The notes under the pieces: generated by a model
The model's database searches: none
Told to the model about the DNA's origin: nothing
Seen by the model: the letters and a program-made list of their open reading frames with translations, nothing else
Origin: a virus
Direction: 5' to 3' (one strand)
Virus record (IMG/VR): IMGVR_UViG_3300045988_046732
DNA length: 41,904 nucleotides
Made by a program: the position numbers and the translations under genes
Shown: one piece after another, positions 6,777 to 15,401 of the stretch
How the letters are laid out: every line of letters starts with the position of its first letter
How positions within the stretch are numbered: position 1 is the stretch's first letter

Positions 6777-8180
6777 GTGAATATTCGTAGAGCATTAAAG
6801 GATCTCGGGTTTGACACGGTCGACAGCAAATTTTACTCTCTGATCGACCTTTGGAACGCATGGTATAAGGGAAACGTTGAAGATTTCCACAGCTATACGG
6901 TGTGGAATGGCATTGAAGAGTTGGAGTGCCATAGGTATTCGGTGGGAATGGGAAAGAAAGTCTGCGAGGATTGGGCCAACCTCCTAATGAACGAGCGAGT
7001 CAACATCACGCTTGAAGGCAAACAGGAGCAGGAATTTATCGATACTGTTTTTGCCGACAACAACTGGGAGGTCAAGGCTAACGAATCGCAGGAGCGCAAA
7101 GCGGCAGTAGGAACCGTTGCGTATGTGCCGGTGATGGAAGGCATGGGAATTAATCCAGATACGGCAGAGATCGTTGATTCTGGGCGTATTCGCATTAACT
7201 ACGTTAGTGCCGGGAACATCTACCCGCTGACGTGGGATAACGGCGTTATCCGTGAGTGTGCGTTCGCGTCCACCAGAAAGGTCGATGACAAGGAATATAC
7301 TTACATCCAAGTTCACCGGCTTCGTAACGGCGAGTATGACATTGAGAACCACCTGTATGATGCGGAGGAAGTCCCGTTAACCAGCGTAAAGGGGTTTGAC
7401 ACAATTCCTCCGGTAATCCATACCGGCATCGACAAGCCGCAGTTTGTGATCGACCGGCTGAACATTGCAAACTCTGACGAAAATAACCCGCTTGGCGTGG
7501 CTGTTTTTGCCCACGCCATCGACCAGCTCAAGAGCGTTGATATTACCTATGACAGCTATGTGAATGAATTTGTCCTTGGCAAGAAGCGCATTGTGGTACA
7601 GCCGGAGGCCACCAAGAGCATTGACGGTCGACCAGTGTTTGATAAGCGTGAGACCGTTTATTATGTGCTGCCGGAGGACAGAGGCGGAAACGGCAACATC
7701 TTACAGCAGGTCGATATGTCTCTGCGGACGGCGGAGTTTAACACCGGTATGCAAGATATGCTGAACATCCTGTCCAGCAAGTGCGGCTTCGGTGAGAATC
7801 ATTACAAATTTGACCAAGGCAGTATTGCAACGGCCACGCAGGTCATCAGCGAGAACAGCACCCTGTTCCGCACGATCAAAAAACATGAAATTGTGCTTGA
7901 ACGGGCAATCACAGAGTTGTGCCGGAGCTTGCTCCGCATGGGGAATCGATACATGGGCGCATCACTTAATGAGGACGTCCAGATCTCCATTGACTTTGAC
8001 GATTCCATCATTGAGGACAAGGGCCAGGACTTTAACCGTGACGTGCAGCTTCTTAACGCTGGCATCATGAACGATTGGGAGTTCCGTATGCGCTGGATGA
8101 ACGAGGACGAAGCCACCGCAAAGGCAGCACTGCCGAAGGCACAGGATATGGCGGACGAAGCAGAAGAAGAGATTGAGTGA
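6777..8180 (+). CDS. Portal protein (SPP1 gp6-like)
   Basis: 467 aa with a GTG start, located directly after terL. Acidic C-terminus and typical portal size. Confidence 0.85.
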   Translation: MNIRRALKDLGFDTVDSKFYSLIDLWNAWYKGNVEDFHSYTVWNGIEELECHRYSVGMGKKVCEDWANLLMNERVNITLEGKQEQEFIDTVFADNNWEVKANESQERKAAVGTVAYVPVMEGMGINPDTAEIVDSGRIRINYVSAGNIYPLTWDNGVIRECAFASTRKVDDKEYTYIQVHRLRNGEYDIENHLYDAEEVPLTSVKGFDTIPPVIHTGIDKPQFVIDRLNIANSDENNPLGVAVFAHAIDQLKSVDITYDSYVNEFVLGKKRIVVQPEATKSIDGRPVFDKRETVYYVLPEDRGGNGNILQQVDMSLRTAEFNTGMQDMLNILSSKCGFGENHYKFDQGSIATATQVISENSTLFRTIKKHEIVLERAITELCRSLLRMGNRYMGASLNEDVQISIDFDDSIIEDKGQDFNRDVQLLNAGIMNDWEFRMRWMNEDEATAKAALPKAQDMADEAEEEIE

Positions 8181-8191
8181 GGTGACAGCGT

Positions 8192-9925
8192 ATGAGGGCG
8201 TACCCGTTTGACCCATCTACGCTTGATGCGCTCCCAGAGGATCTGGCGGAACTGTTCCGGGCTCTTGAAATCACACTTCTGGAAGGAATTTGCTCTCAGT
8301 TAAAAGAGGCGGATGAGCTGAACGAGGTAACAGTACAGAGCATCCGGGCCTTGCGCTCACACGGGATCAACCTGAAGGAAATCAAGAAAGCAATTTACGA
8401 GACTTCCGGCATCAGTAAAACGAAGCTGGACGAGCTGCTGGGCGATGTGGTCGCAAGGAACCAACAGTATTACACCAATCTGATTGACCTTGCGCATATC
8501 ACACAGCCTGAGACACTGGTTGATGCTGCGGAAGTGGCAGCGATCAGGACGCAAACGCTGGATACATTTCACAATCTCACCGCATCCATGGGCTTCCTTG
8601 TGGACGCTGGGCGTACGATGCTTCCACCTGCAAAAGCGTACCAATGGGCACTTGACAACGCAGCGTTGCAGGTGCAGAGCGGTGCAATTAACTACAATCA
8701 AGCAATTAAAACGGCGGTAAAGGAACTTGCGGACAGCGGTTTGAAAGTGGTTGACTACGAAAGCGGCCATTGGGATCACGTCGATGTTGCCGTGCGAAGA
8801 GCCGTAATGACCGGCGTATCTCAAATCTGCGCCAAGTATACGGAGCAATCCGCAGAATATCTGGATACACCCTATTTTGAGGTCTCTGCTCATATTGGCG
8901 CGAGAGATAAGCCGGGACCGTCACCGTGGTCGAGCCATAAGGATTGGCAAGGCCGTGTTTACAGCGTCCGTGTCGGGGACATTTACCCGAGCATTTATGA
9001 GGTGTGTGGCCTGGGCGCTGTTGATGGTCTGGAGGGAGCTAACTGCCGGCACAGGCGGTTCCCCTGGGTTGAGGGTGTGTCCGAGCGCACCTACACAGAT
9101 GCACAGCTGGAGCACATCGATGATGGGCACGGCTGCACGTTTGACGGCAAGGGTTACACGGCATACGAGGCAACCCAGATGCAACGCCGTATTGAGCGGA
9201 CAATCAGAAAGCTAAAGCGCGAAAAAGCCGCCTACAAGGCCGCAGGATTGCATGAAGATGAGGATGCAGTAAACATACGGCTGCGGCGGTTAAACGCTAA
9301 ATACAAGGCGTTCAGCGCGGAAGCTGGCCTGCCGGAGCAACCGGAGCGGATGCGCGTTTATTTCGAGGATGATGCAACAATCAAAGCGGCAAATTCCATG
9401 AAAACGAAACGGGCAGAAGTGGTAGCAACTTATGCTAAAGACGATAGAGACACTCTTGAGTTTTTCGGCGCAGACGCAAGAGATAACTTGAATTCTATTG
9501 TAAAAAGACGTACAATGAAACTGGAAAATGGCTTTGCCTGCTTCCCAGACGGTGACCCGCTAAACGAAAACGTTAAAAGGGTAAAACCTCTTAAAACGTA
9601 TTTTGATGTTGCTATGCACGGGAGCCAGACGGCAGTTGGATTCGGGTCAGAAGAAACAAATATGTCACCGAGATTGCTTGCGTCTGTAATTCGACATAGT
9701 AATGGATGGAACGGGCAAAAAGTGAGGTTGCTGTCATGCAACACAGGCAAGCGCATTGAAAATGATTATTGCTTTGCAGAGGAACTTGCAAATGCGCTTG
9801 GCGTAAAAGTAAAAGCACCAACCGATGTTCTATACATACCACCTAATGGGGAAATGTATGTGGGGGACACCGGGGAGGGATATTTTGAAACGTATAAGCC
9901 AAACGAAAGGGGGCGGGTAAAATGA
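8192..9925 (+). CDS. MuF/SPP1 gp7-like minor head protein with an extra C-terminal domain (candidate polymorphic toxin or His-Cys peptidase-like module)
   Basis: 577 aa after the portal. The N-terminal ~400 aa are head-morphogenesis-like. The C-terminal ~140 aa are AT-rich and carry VAMHGS...VRLLSCNTGK...FAEELANALGVKVKAPTD. Confidence 0.75.
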   Translation: MRAYPFDPSTLDALPEDLAELFRALEITLLEGICSQLKEADELNEVTVQSIRALRSHGINLKEIKKAIYETSGISKTKLDELLGDVVARNQQYYTNLIDLAHITQPETLVDAAEVAAIRTQTLDTFHNLTASMGFLVDAGRTMLPPAKAYQWALDNAALQVQSGAINYNQAIKTAVKELADSGLKVVDYESGHWDHVDVAVRRAVMTGVSQICAKYTEQSAEYLDTPYFEVSAHIGARDKPGPSPWSSHKDWQGRVYSVRVGDIYPSIYEVCGLGAVDGLEGANCRHRRFPWVEGVSERTYTDAQLEHIDDGHGCTFDGKGYTAYEATQMQRRIERTIRKLKREKAAYKAAGLHEDEDAVNIRLRRLNAKYKAFSAEAGLPEQPERMRVYFEDDATIKAANSMKTKRAEVVATYAKDDRDTLEFFGADARDNLNSIVKRRTMKLENGFACFPDGDPLNENVKRVKPLKTYFDVAMHGSQTAVGFGSEETNMSPRLLASVIRHSNGWNGQKVRLLSCNTGKRIENDYCFAEELANALGVKVKAPTDVLYIPPNGEMYVGDTGEGYFETYKPNERGRVK

Positions 9926-10224
9926 TGCTATTCGGGTATTTTAAAGGCATGAAATATAGCACCCATGCCGATGACTTTGAAAAGTATCGCACGTTTAGAA
10001 ATGCTATCAGCCGAGATAAAATCATTGAACACATAGAATCATTAACCCCAGCTCTTGCGTGTTTTGAAACGTTTGATATTTTTACAGGAGAAAGATTGCG
10101 AGCGGGTCAATACATTGATGGCGATTTCAGATTTCCACTTGATTTTCTGCATTACTACAAGAATTATGATATTGGCATCCCCTATGAGTATGAAGCGTAT
10201 TTGAAAGAAATTGGGGTAGGCTAA
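9922..10224 (+). CDS. Small AT-rich ORF overlapping the MuF stop (candidate immunity protein)
   Basis: ATGA overlap with the upstream gene. 100 aa, with the same low-GC composition as the MuF C-terminal module. Confidence 0.6.
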   Translation: MMLFGYFKGMKYSTHADDFEKYRTFRNAISRDKIIEHIESLTPALACFETFDIFTGERLRAGQYIDGDFRFPLDFLHYYKNYDIGIPYEYEAYLKEIGVG

Positions 10225-10355
10225 TGGATGATAAACTGATGCAGGCCATCGAGGCTATTATCCGGCGCGGTAATGATGCGGAGATCCGACGCAAGGGTGA
10301 CGGTTACATCGTGTTAGAAGTCAAGAAAACAATCAAATATTCAACTCCCTCGTAA
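10224..10355 (+). CDS. Small hypothetical protein (43 aa; absent from the ORF track)
   Basis: TAATG overlap. Hand translation: MDDKLMQAIEAIIRRGNDAEIRRKGDGYIVLEVKKTIKYSTPS. Confidence 0.45.
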   Translation: MDDKLMQAIEAIIRRGNDAEIRRKGDGYIVLEVKKTIKYSTPS

Positions 10356-10378
10356 TTGGGCGCGGGAAAGGGCAATAG

Positions 10379-10421
10379 GAGCCAACTGACTACGATTTGT
10401 AGCCGGTTGGCTCTTTTGTTT
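10379..10421 (+). terminator. Rho-independent terminator
   Basis: Stem gagccaac/gttggctc with an inner ctac/gtag stem, followed by ttttgttt. Confidence 0.7.
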
Positions 10422-10502
10422 CAGGTAAAACCCGCGAGGTACAGCGGTTTTATACAATCTATCGCCGCGACGGACTGCGGACAAGGGAAAGGAAGATAGA
10501 AA

Positions 10503-11096
10503 ATGGCACTTACACGCAAACTTTTAAAGGGCATGGGTCTCACCGACGAACAGGTGGATACCATCATTGAGGCGCATACCGACACCGTGGACGGCCTGAA
10601 GGCTGATATCAGCCGTTACAAGACGGATGCGGAAAAGCTGCCCGGCGTCCAGAAGCAGTTGGACGATCTAAAGGCGGTGGGTGACGGCGGCTATCAGGAT
10701 AAGTACGAGAAGGAGCACAAAGCCTTTGAGGACTTTAAAGCTGGCGTCACGGCAAAGGAAAGCAAGGCGGCAAAGGAAAAGGCCGTTCGTGCTTACTTTG
10801 AAAGCAAAAACATCACCGGCGCAAATCTCGACCTTGCCATGCGTGGCTGCGGCGAGGAAATGGCAGCGTTGGAGCTGGACGGCGAGAAAATCAAGGACAC
10901 CAAAAGCCTTGACGCCCTCGTAGACGGCACCTACAAGGGGCTTGTTTCCAAGCCTGCTATTCGGGTTGATATGGGTGGACGGCTCAATGAAGGCGGGAAA
11001 CCCATGACAAAGGACGAGATCATGCAAATCACAGACAGAGCGGAGCGGCGTGCTGCAATCGCTGCAAATATGGATTTGTTTAGAAAGGAAGAATGA
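10503..11096 (+). CDS. Head scaffolding protein
   Basis: 197-aa charged, helical, K/E/D/A-rich protein directly upstream of and overlapping the capsid gene. Confidence 0.75.
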   Translation: MALTRKLLKGMGLTDEQVDTIIEAHTDTVDGLKADISRYKTDAEKLPGVQKQLDDLKAVGDGGYQDKYEKEHKAFEDFKAGVTAKESKAAKEKAVRAYFESKNITGANLDLAMRGCGEEMAALELDGEKIKDTKSLDALVDGTYKGLVSKPAIRVDMGGRLNEGGKPMTKDEIMQITDRAERRAAIAANMDLFRKEE

Positions 11097-11971
11097 AAAT
11101 GGCTGTTGATCCTAAGCTGATTAAGAAGGAAGATCTTGCTCGTGTTCGCGAGATCGAGTTCACCGAAATGTTCGGCTACTCCATCAAGAAGCTGATGGAG
11201 GCTCTGGGTGTTACCCGTAAGTTTGCCAAGCAGGCCGGTACTGTGCTCAAGAGCTACAAGGCAACCGGCACTTTGGAGGACGGCGCTGTGGCCGAGGGCG
11301 AGACCATCCCCCTGAGCAAGTACAAGACCGAAGCCGTGAACTATAAGGAGATCACCTTGAAGAAGTGGCGCAAGGCCACCTCTGCCGAGGCAATCACTGA
11401 TCGCGGCTACGATCAGGCCGTCGAAATGACCACCGATGAAATGCTGAAGGACGTGCAGAAGGGCATCCGCAAGGACTTCTTCGACTTCCTTGCAACTGGT
11501 TCCGGAACGGCATCTGGTGCGACCTTCCAGGCTACCCTTGCACAGGCATGGGGCCAGCTGCAGGTGCTGTTCGAGGACGACGAGATCGGCGCAGTTTATT
11601 TCATGAACCCGCTGGACGTTGCGGACTATCTCGCAACTGCCAACATCACCCTGCAGACCGCTTTCGGCATGACCTATGTCGAGAACTTCATCGGTCTGGG
11701 CACTGTGATTCTGAACTCCAGCGTCCCCAAGGGCAAGATTTACGCCACCGCTAAGGACAACATCGTCCTGTACTACATCCCCGTGAACGGCGCTGATCTG
11801 GGCGAGGTGTTTGACTTTGTCACCGACGCAACCGGCTACATCGGTATCCACGAGGAGCCTGATTACACTAACATGACTGCGTCTGATACCGTTATTAACG
11901 GTATGGCGCTGTTTGCCGAGCGCATCGATGGCGTGGTTGTTGGCACTATTACCCCGGCAGTGGGGGGCTGA
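11093..11971 (+). CDS. Major capsid protein
   Basis: 292 aa after the scaffold gene. Position and size are typical. Ends ...PAVGG-TGA inside a G6 run. Confidence 0.85.
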   Translation: MKMAVDPKLIKKEDLARVREIEFTEMFGYSIKKLMEALGVTRKFAKQAGTVLKSYKATGTLEDGAVAEGETIPLSKYKTEAVNYKEITLKKWRKATSAEAITDRGYDQAVEMTTDEMLKDVQKGIRKDFFDFLATGSGTASGATFQATLAQAWGQLQVLFEDDEIGAVYFMNPLDVADYLATANITLQTAFGMTYVENFIGLGTVILNSSVPKGKIYATAKDNIVLYYIPVNGADLGEVFDFVTDATGYIGIHEEPDYTNMTASDTVINGMALFAERIDGVVVGTITPAVGG

Positions 11972-12141
11972 CCGAACTGCTGAGTGAGCCTGACCCTGAA
12001 TCCCCGGCTTTCTCCGACATGACAAAAGCGCAGTTGCTTGATTATGCCGGAGAAAACGGGGTGGATGGGGTCAGCAGTTCCATGAAGAAGGCTGAAATAA
12101 TAGCAGTATTGGAAGGAGCTGATACGGATGGCATACGCTGA
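11968..12141 (+). CDS. -1-frame extension ORF after the capsid stop, with a Rho-N/SAP-like helix-extended-helix motif (translated by frameshift, or from ATG 12019)
   Basis: Frame 1 is open from 11899 to 12141. Sequence LTELLSEPDPESPAFSDMTKAQLLDYAGENGVDGVSSSMKKAEIIAVLEGADTDGIR. There is no SD before ATG 12019. Confidence 0.45.
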   Translation: MTELLSEPDPESPAFSDMTKAQLLDYAGENGVDGVSSSMKKAEIIAVLEGADTDGIR

Positions 12142-12568
12142 TTATACATACTACTCCGGTACCTACATGGGCGCTGTGAGCGAGGGGGATTTTCCGCGTC
12201 TGGCTGTTCGGGCCAGCTCCTTCCTTGATTATTACACGCAGAACCGAACCAAGGACAACGCGGAGCTGGATGCGGTAAAGATGTGCTGCTGTGCGCTGGT
12301 TGACAAGTATGCGGTTATTGAGGCGGCGCAGGCGCTTGCCACGAAGAACCTTGCGAGTGCTGCCACTAATAACGCAGAAGTCAAAAGCGAGACTGTGGGC
12401 GGTTATTCCCGCACGCTGGAGACCGGCGGCGAATCTGCCACTGCTGCGCTGAACGCTACGGATGGAGCAAGAAAGATGCTTGCAGAGACCTGCATGGAGT
12501 ATCTCGCCCATACCGGCTTGCTGTACAGAGGGAGGGGGTGCTGGCCATGTACGCCCCCCACACTGTAA
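12128..12568 (+). CDS. Head-tail connector / DNA-packaging (gp6-like) protein
   Basis: GGAAGGAG SD. 146 aa in the first position after the capsid. Sequence YADYTYYSGTYMGAVSEGDFPRLAVRASSFLDYYT is typical of this family. Confidence 0.6.
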   Translation: MAYADYTYYSGTYMGAVSEGDFPRLAVRASSFLDYYTQNRTKDNAELDAVKMCCCALVDKYAVIEAAQALATKNLASAATNNAEVKSETVGGYSRTLETGGESATAALNATDGARKMLAETCMEYLAHTGLLYRGRGCWPCTPPTL

Positions 12569-12996
12569 CGATCTACAATTCGGTCAAAGAAACCGACAAG
12601 GAGACGTTTCAGGAAACGCAAAAACTGTATGTGACCGTACTCCGTGGCGTGATGCTGCAAGCATCTAAGGCAGTTAACGTGCGCGAGAGCGGCCTTGTTG
12701 GAGCGGATGCGGTTGACCTCTACATTCCATTTGGCGTGGAAGCTGTGGACGGCTTTACCGGCAAGGTGAAAACCTATGCCGGTCCGCAGCGGTTTTACGC
12801 CGCAGAGGACAAAACCGACCTGTGGACGCTTTCCGTCAAAGGCAATGGTGGGACAACGTTTTTCATTAAAGGCGAGTTTGCGACGAACGACGAAACCGTG
12901 GCGCTGGCTCAAGACAACTGCTATACCGTGACCAAGGTTGACGAAAAGGATTTCGGCAGCGTTGATATGCAGCACTGGCAGGTCGGAGGCGTGTGA
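12547..12996 (+). CDS. Head-tail joining protein (hypothetical)
   Basis: 149 aa from ATG 12547 (a GTG at 12538 is possible). Assigned by position in the head-tail connector block. Confidence 0.55.
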   Translation: MYAPHTVTIYNSVKETDKETFQETQKLYVTVLRGVMLQASKAVNVRESGLVGADAVDLYIPFGVEAVDGFTGKVKTYAGPQRFYAAEDKTDLWTLSVKGNGGTTFFIKGEFATNDETVALAQDNCYTVTKVDEKDFGSVDMQHWQVGGV

Positions 12997-12997
12997 T

Positions 12998-13408
12998 ATG
13001 GCGTTGATGTTCTCCGTTCATGCGGATGGCATGGACGCTGTAAAAGAGGCCATTTCTAAGGGCTGTGATAGCGCAGGACACGTTCTGGCGGTGCAGGTCT
13101 CAAAAGATACCACCCCATTCGTGCCCATGCTCACAGGCTCTCTAAGGGCCCGTACAAGGGTAACTGGAAACACGGTTGTTTATCCCGGGCCGTATGCCAG
13201 GTATTTGTACTACGGCAAGCTGTACGTTGATCCGCTGACCGGGAGCTCTTATGCGCGGAAGGGCGTTACGAAGGTTCCGGCAGTGCCGGAGAAGGATTTG
13301 ATTTTCCACAGAACCGGGACCTGCTCCCATTGGTTTGAAGCATCCAAGGCACAGAACATGGAGAAGTGGGTGCGTGTAGCAGAAAAGGCGGTGAAGCGTG
13401 ATCTCTAA
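12998..13408 (+). CDS. Minor capsid / head-tail joining protein (HK97 gp10-like)
   Basis: VVYPGPYARYLYYGKLYVDP is the motif typical of this family. 136 aa. Confidence 0.6.
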   Translation: MALMFSVHADGMDAVKEAISKGCDSAGHVLAVQVSKDTTPFVPMLTGSLRARTRVTGNTVVYPGPYARYLYYGKLYVDPLTGSSYARKGVTKVPAVPEKDLIFHRTGTCSHWFEASKAQNMEKWVRVAEKAVKRDL

Positions 13409-13862
13409 AGAAAAACCTGTGATGCTTGCGTCCAGTAGCGAAAAGGCGGATCTTGACCGCCTGATGCTGATTTGGGCGAACCAATTTCCTGGTATCCCGG
13501 AGAATGTGGACCTTATCAAGTACGAGTATTTCGCGGCGAAAACGGTAGGTATGGCGCTTTCCTCCGTGCAGGGTGCTGTTATCACCAAGAAGTATATCTG
13601 CGGTGGGTATCAGGCGGAGTATTCGTTTGAGGTCCATTACCAAATCGCGCCGCCCGGGACAAGCGACGACAAGCGCTTGAAAGCAGTCGAAACGCTGAAC
13701 AAATTCGCGGATTGGGCGCAGACACAGCGCCCGAACATCGGAGAGGGCAGGCGTGCCCTCCGCGTTGAGACTGTGGCCCTTGCGTCGTATCTTGGCGCGA
13801 CAAACGACCAATACGAGGACTATATTGTCCCGCTAAAATTGATTTACGAGGTGAATATATAA
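13398..13862 (+). CDS. Tail-completion / minor capsid-like protein
   Basis: 154 aa, overlaps its neighbours and lies just upstream of the major tail gene. Confidence 0.55.
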   Translation: MISKEKPVMLASSSEKADLDRLMLIWANQFPGIPENVDLIKYEYFAAKTVGMALSSVQGAVITKKYICGGYQAEYSFEVHYQIAPPGTSDDKRLKAVETLNKFADWAQTQRPNIGEGRRALRVETVALASYLGATNDQYEDYIVPLKLIYEVNI

Positions 13863-14383
13863 TGGCAGATTTGACCTTTGCGACTCCTGAAGGCCAGACC
13901 ATTGATCGAGAGCTTTTGATCGCGTATCTAAATACCGGCTCTAAGGAAGCTCCCACTTGGAGCGCCATCGGTAAGCGCGTGGAGGATTCCAGCGAAGAGA
14001 TGGACTGGGGTCAGGAGAACAAACAGGACATCCTGGGCAACACCTTCACCACCATGAAGAAGCCCGTTATTTCCCAGACCTTTGATCCCATCCCTCTGGA
14101 TGCCGGTGACGCTGCTGCGGTGAAGATGTGGAACCTTGCCGTCAAGGATCATGACGCGCAGGCTCTTGCCAATCAGGATATGATGATTGGACACTTCTAC
14201 GCTACGTCCGGCGAGGCGAAGTTTGCCGAGCGGTATGATTCCTGCGCTATTGCCGTGACCAGCATCGGCGGCGATGGCGGCGGCACCCTGAACATTGCCA
14301 GTGAGATTACTTACGGCGGTACGCGGACCCTTGGCACCATCACAAAGGGCACCAGCGGTGTAACTTTCACGGCAGATGTTTAA
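13862..14383 (+). CDS. Major tail (tube) protein
   Basis: 173 aa, positioned before the chaperones and tape measure gene, and followed by a strong hairpin. Confidence 0.75.
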   Translation: MADLTFATPEGQTIDRELLIAYLNTGSKEAPTWSAIGKRVEDSSEEMDWGQENKQDILGNTFTTMKKPVISQTFDPIPLDAGDAAAVKMWNLAVKDHDAQALANQDMMIGHFYATSGEAKFAERYDSCAIAVTSIGGDGGGTLNIASEITYGGTRTLGTITKGTSGVTFTADV

Positions 14384-14390
14384 AGACAGA

Positions 14391-14417
14391 GGGGCGGGGG
14401 ATCCCCGCCCCTTTTTT
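14391..14417 (+). terminator. Rho-independent terminator / attenuator after the major tail gene
   Basis: Stem ggggcgggg/ccccgcccc followed by TTTTTT. Confidence 0.8.
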
Positions 14418-14427
14418 GGAGGGTAAT

Positions 14428-14847
14428 ATGGAAAATCTGAATTTTTCTGACGGCAAAAAGACATTTATGGTCAACGGCAAGTGCGAAATCACTTTCAACC
14501 CCACGGATGCTGCATTTGCTGGGAAGTTGTATGACGTTTTCGAGGCTCTGGAGCAAAAGCAGAAAGCGAGAAAAAACCTTGCTGATGCTAACGCAACTGG
14601 ACGGGAAATCTATGACCAAATGCGCCAGATTGATAAAGAAATGCGAGATTCCATTGACGGCGTTTTTGAAGCTCCGGTATGCGATGCGGTATTCGGAGAA
14701 ATGAATCTGTACGCATACGGAGACGGTATGCCAGTATGGGCTAATTTTTTGCTTGCGATTATGGACCGGTTTGACGAAGGCATCAAGAGGGAAAAGGCGC
14801 TGTCCAATGAGAAAATCGCCAAGTATGTGAAGAAGTATCACCGATGA
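14428..14847 (+). CDS. Tail assembly chaperone
   Basis: GGAGGG SD with ATG at 14428. 139 aa acidic protein between the tube and tape measure genes. Confidence 0.65.
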   Translation: MENLNFSDGKKTFMVNGKCEITFNPTDAAFAGKLYDVFEALEQKQKARKNLADANATGREIYDQMRQIDKEMRDSIDGVFEAPVCDAVFGEMNLYAYGDGMPVWANFLLAIMDRFDEGIKREKALSNEKIAKYVKKYHR

Positions 14848-15389
14848 TGTACGACCTTCCTAAAAGCATGGAAATAGCAGGGACGAAATACGAGATCCGC
14901 TCCGACTATCGGGCCATTCTGGACATTTTTGGTGTGCTTTCCGCCCCGGAGCTGGACAACGAGGAAAAAGCCCTTGCGGCGCTCGACATTTTCTATCCTG
15001 ATTTTGTCCGCATTCCCGGGGATGCTTTGCAGGAAGCACTTACTAAGTGCATGTGGTTTATCAATTGTGGGGACGAGGGGGACAACCGCAAACGGCCCAA
15101 ACTGATGGATTGGGAGCAAGATTTTCAGTATATTGTCGCTCCCATCAATCGCGTTTTTGGCCATGATGTTCGGGCACTGCCTTATATCCACTGGTGGACT
15201 TTTATCGCGGCATACTACGAGATCGGGGATTGCTTCTTCGCCCAAATTGTCCGGATCCGCAATCTAAAGGCAAAGGGAAAGCACCTCGACAAAACGGATC
15301 AGGAATTTTACCGTGAGAACAAGCGTCTGGTGGACATCAAGCGGAAATACACCGACGCAGAAAACGATATCTTATCCCAATGGATTTAA
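14844..15389 (+). CDS. Gp15-like tail assembly protein
   Basis: 181 aa with its own ATG overlapping the upstream stop. Sequence YEIRSDYRAILDIF...LMDWEQDFQYIVAPINRV resembles the phage Gp15 family. Confidence 0.6.
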   Translation: MMYDLPKSMEIAGTKYEIRSDYRAILDIFGVLSAPELDNEEKALAALDIFYPDFVRIPGDALQEALTKCMWFINCGDEGDNRKRPKLMDWEQDFQYIVAPINRVFGHDVRALPYIHWWTFIAAYYEIGDCFFAQIVRIRNLKAKGKHLDKTDQEFYRENKRLVDIKRKYTDAENDILSQWI

Positions 15390-15401
15390 GGGGGTGAGTA
15401 A

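Noticed and set aside
12019-12141. An independent 40-aa Rho-N-like gene starting at ATG 12019
   Set aside because: Not fully rejected, but it has no SD and the frame is open back into the capsid gene. I reported it as a frameshift-extension hypothesis instead.
14428-15389. Canonical G/GT -1 frameshift between the two tail-chaperone genes
   Set aside because: The second gene has its own ATG overlapping the first gene's stop (ATGATG) and resembles a separate Gp15-type protein. I found no slippery heptamer near the end of the first ORF.
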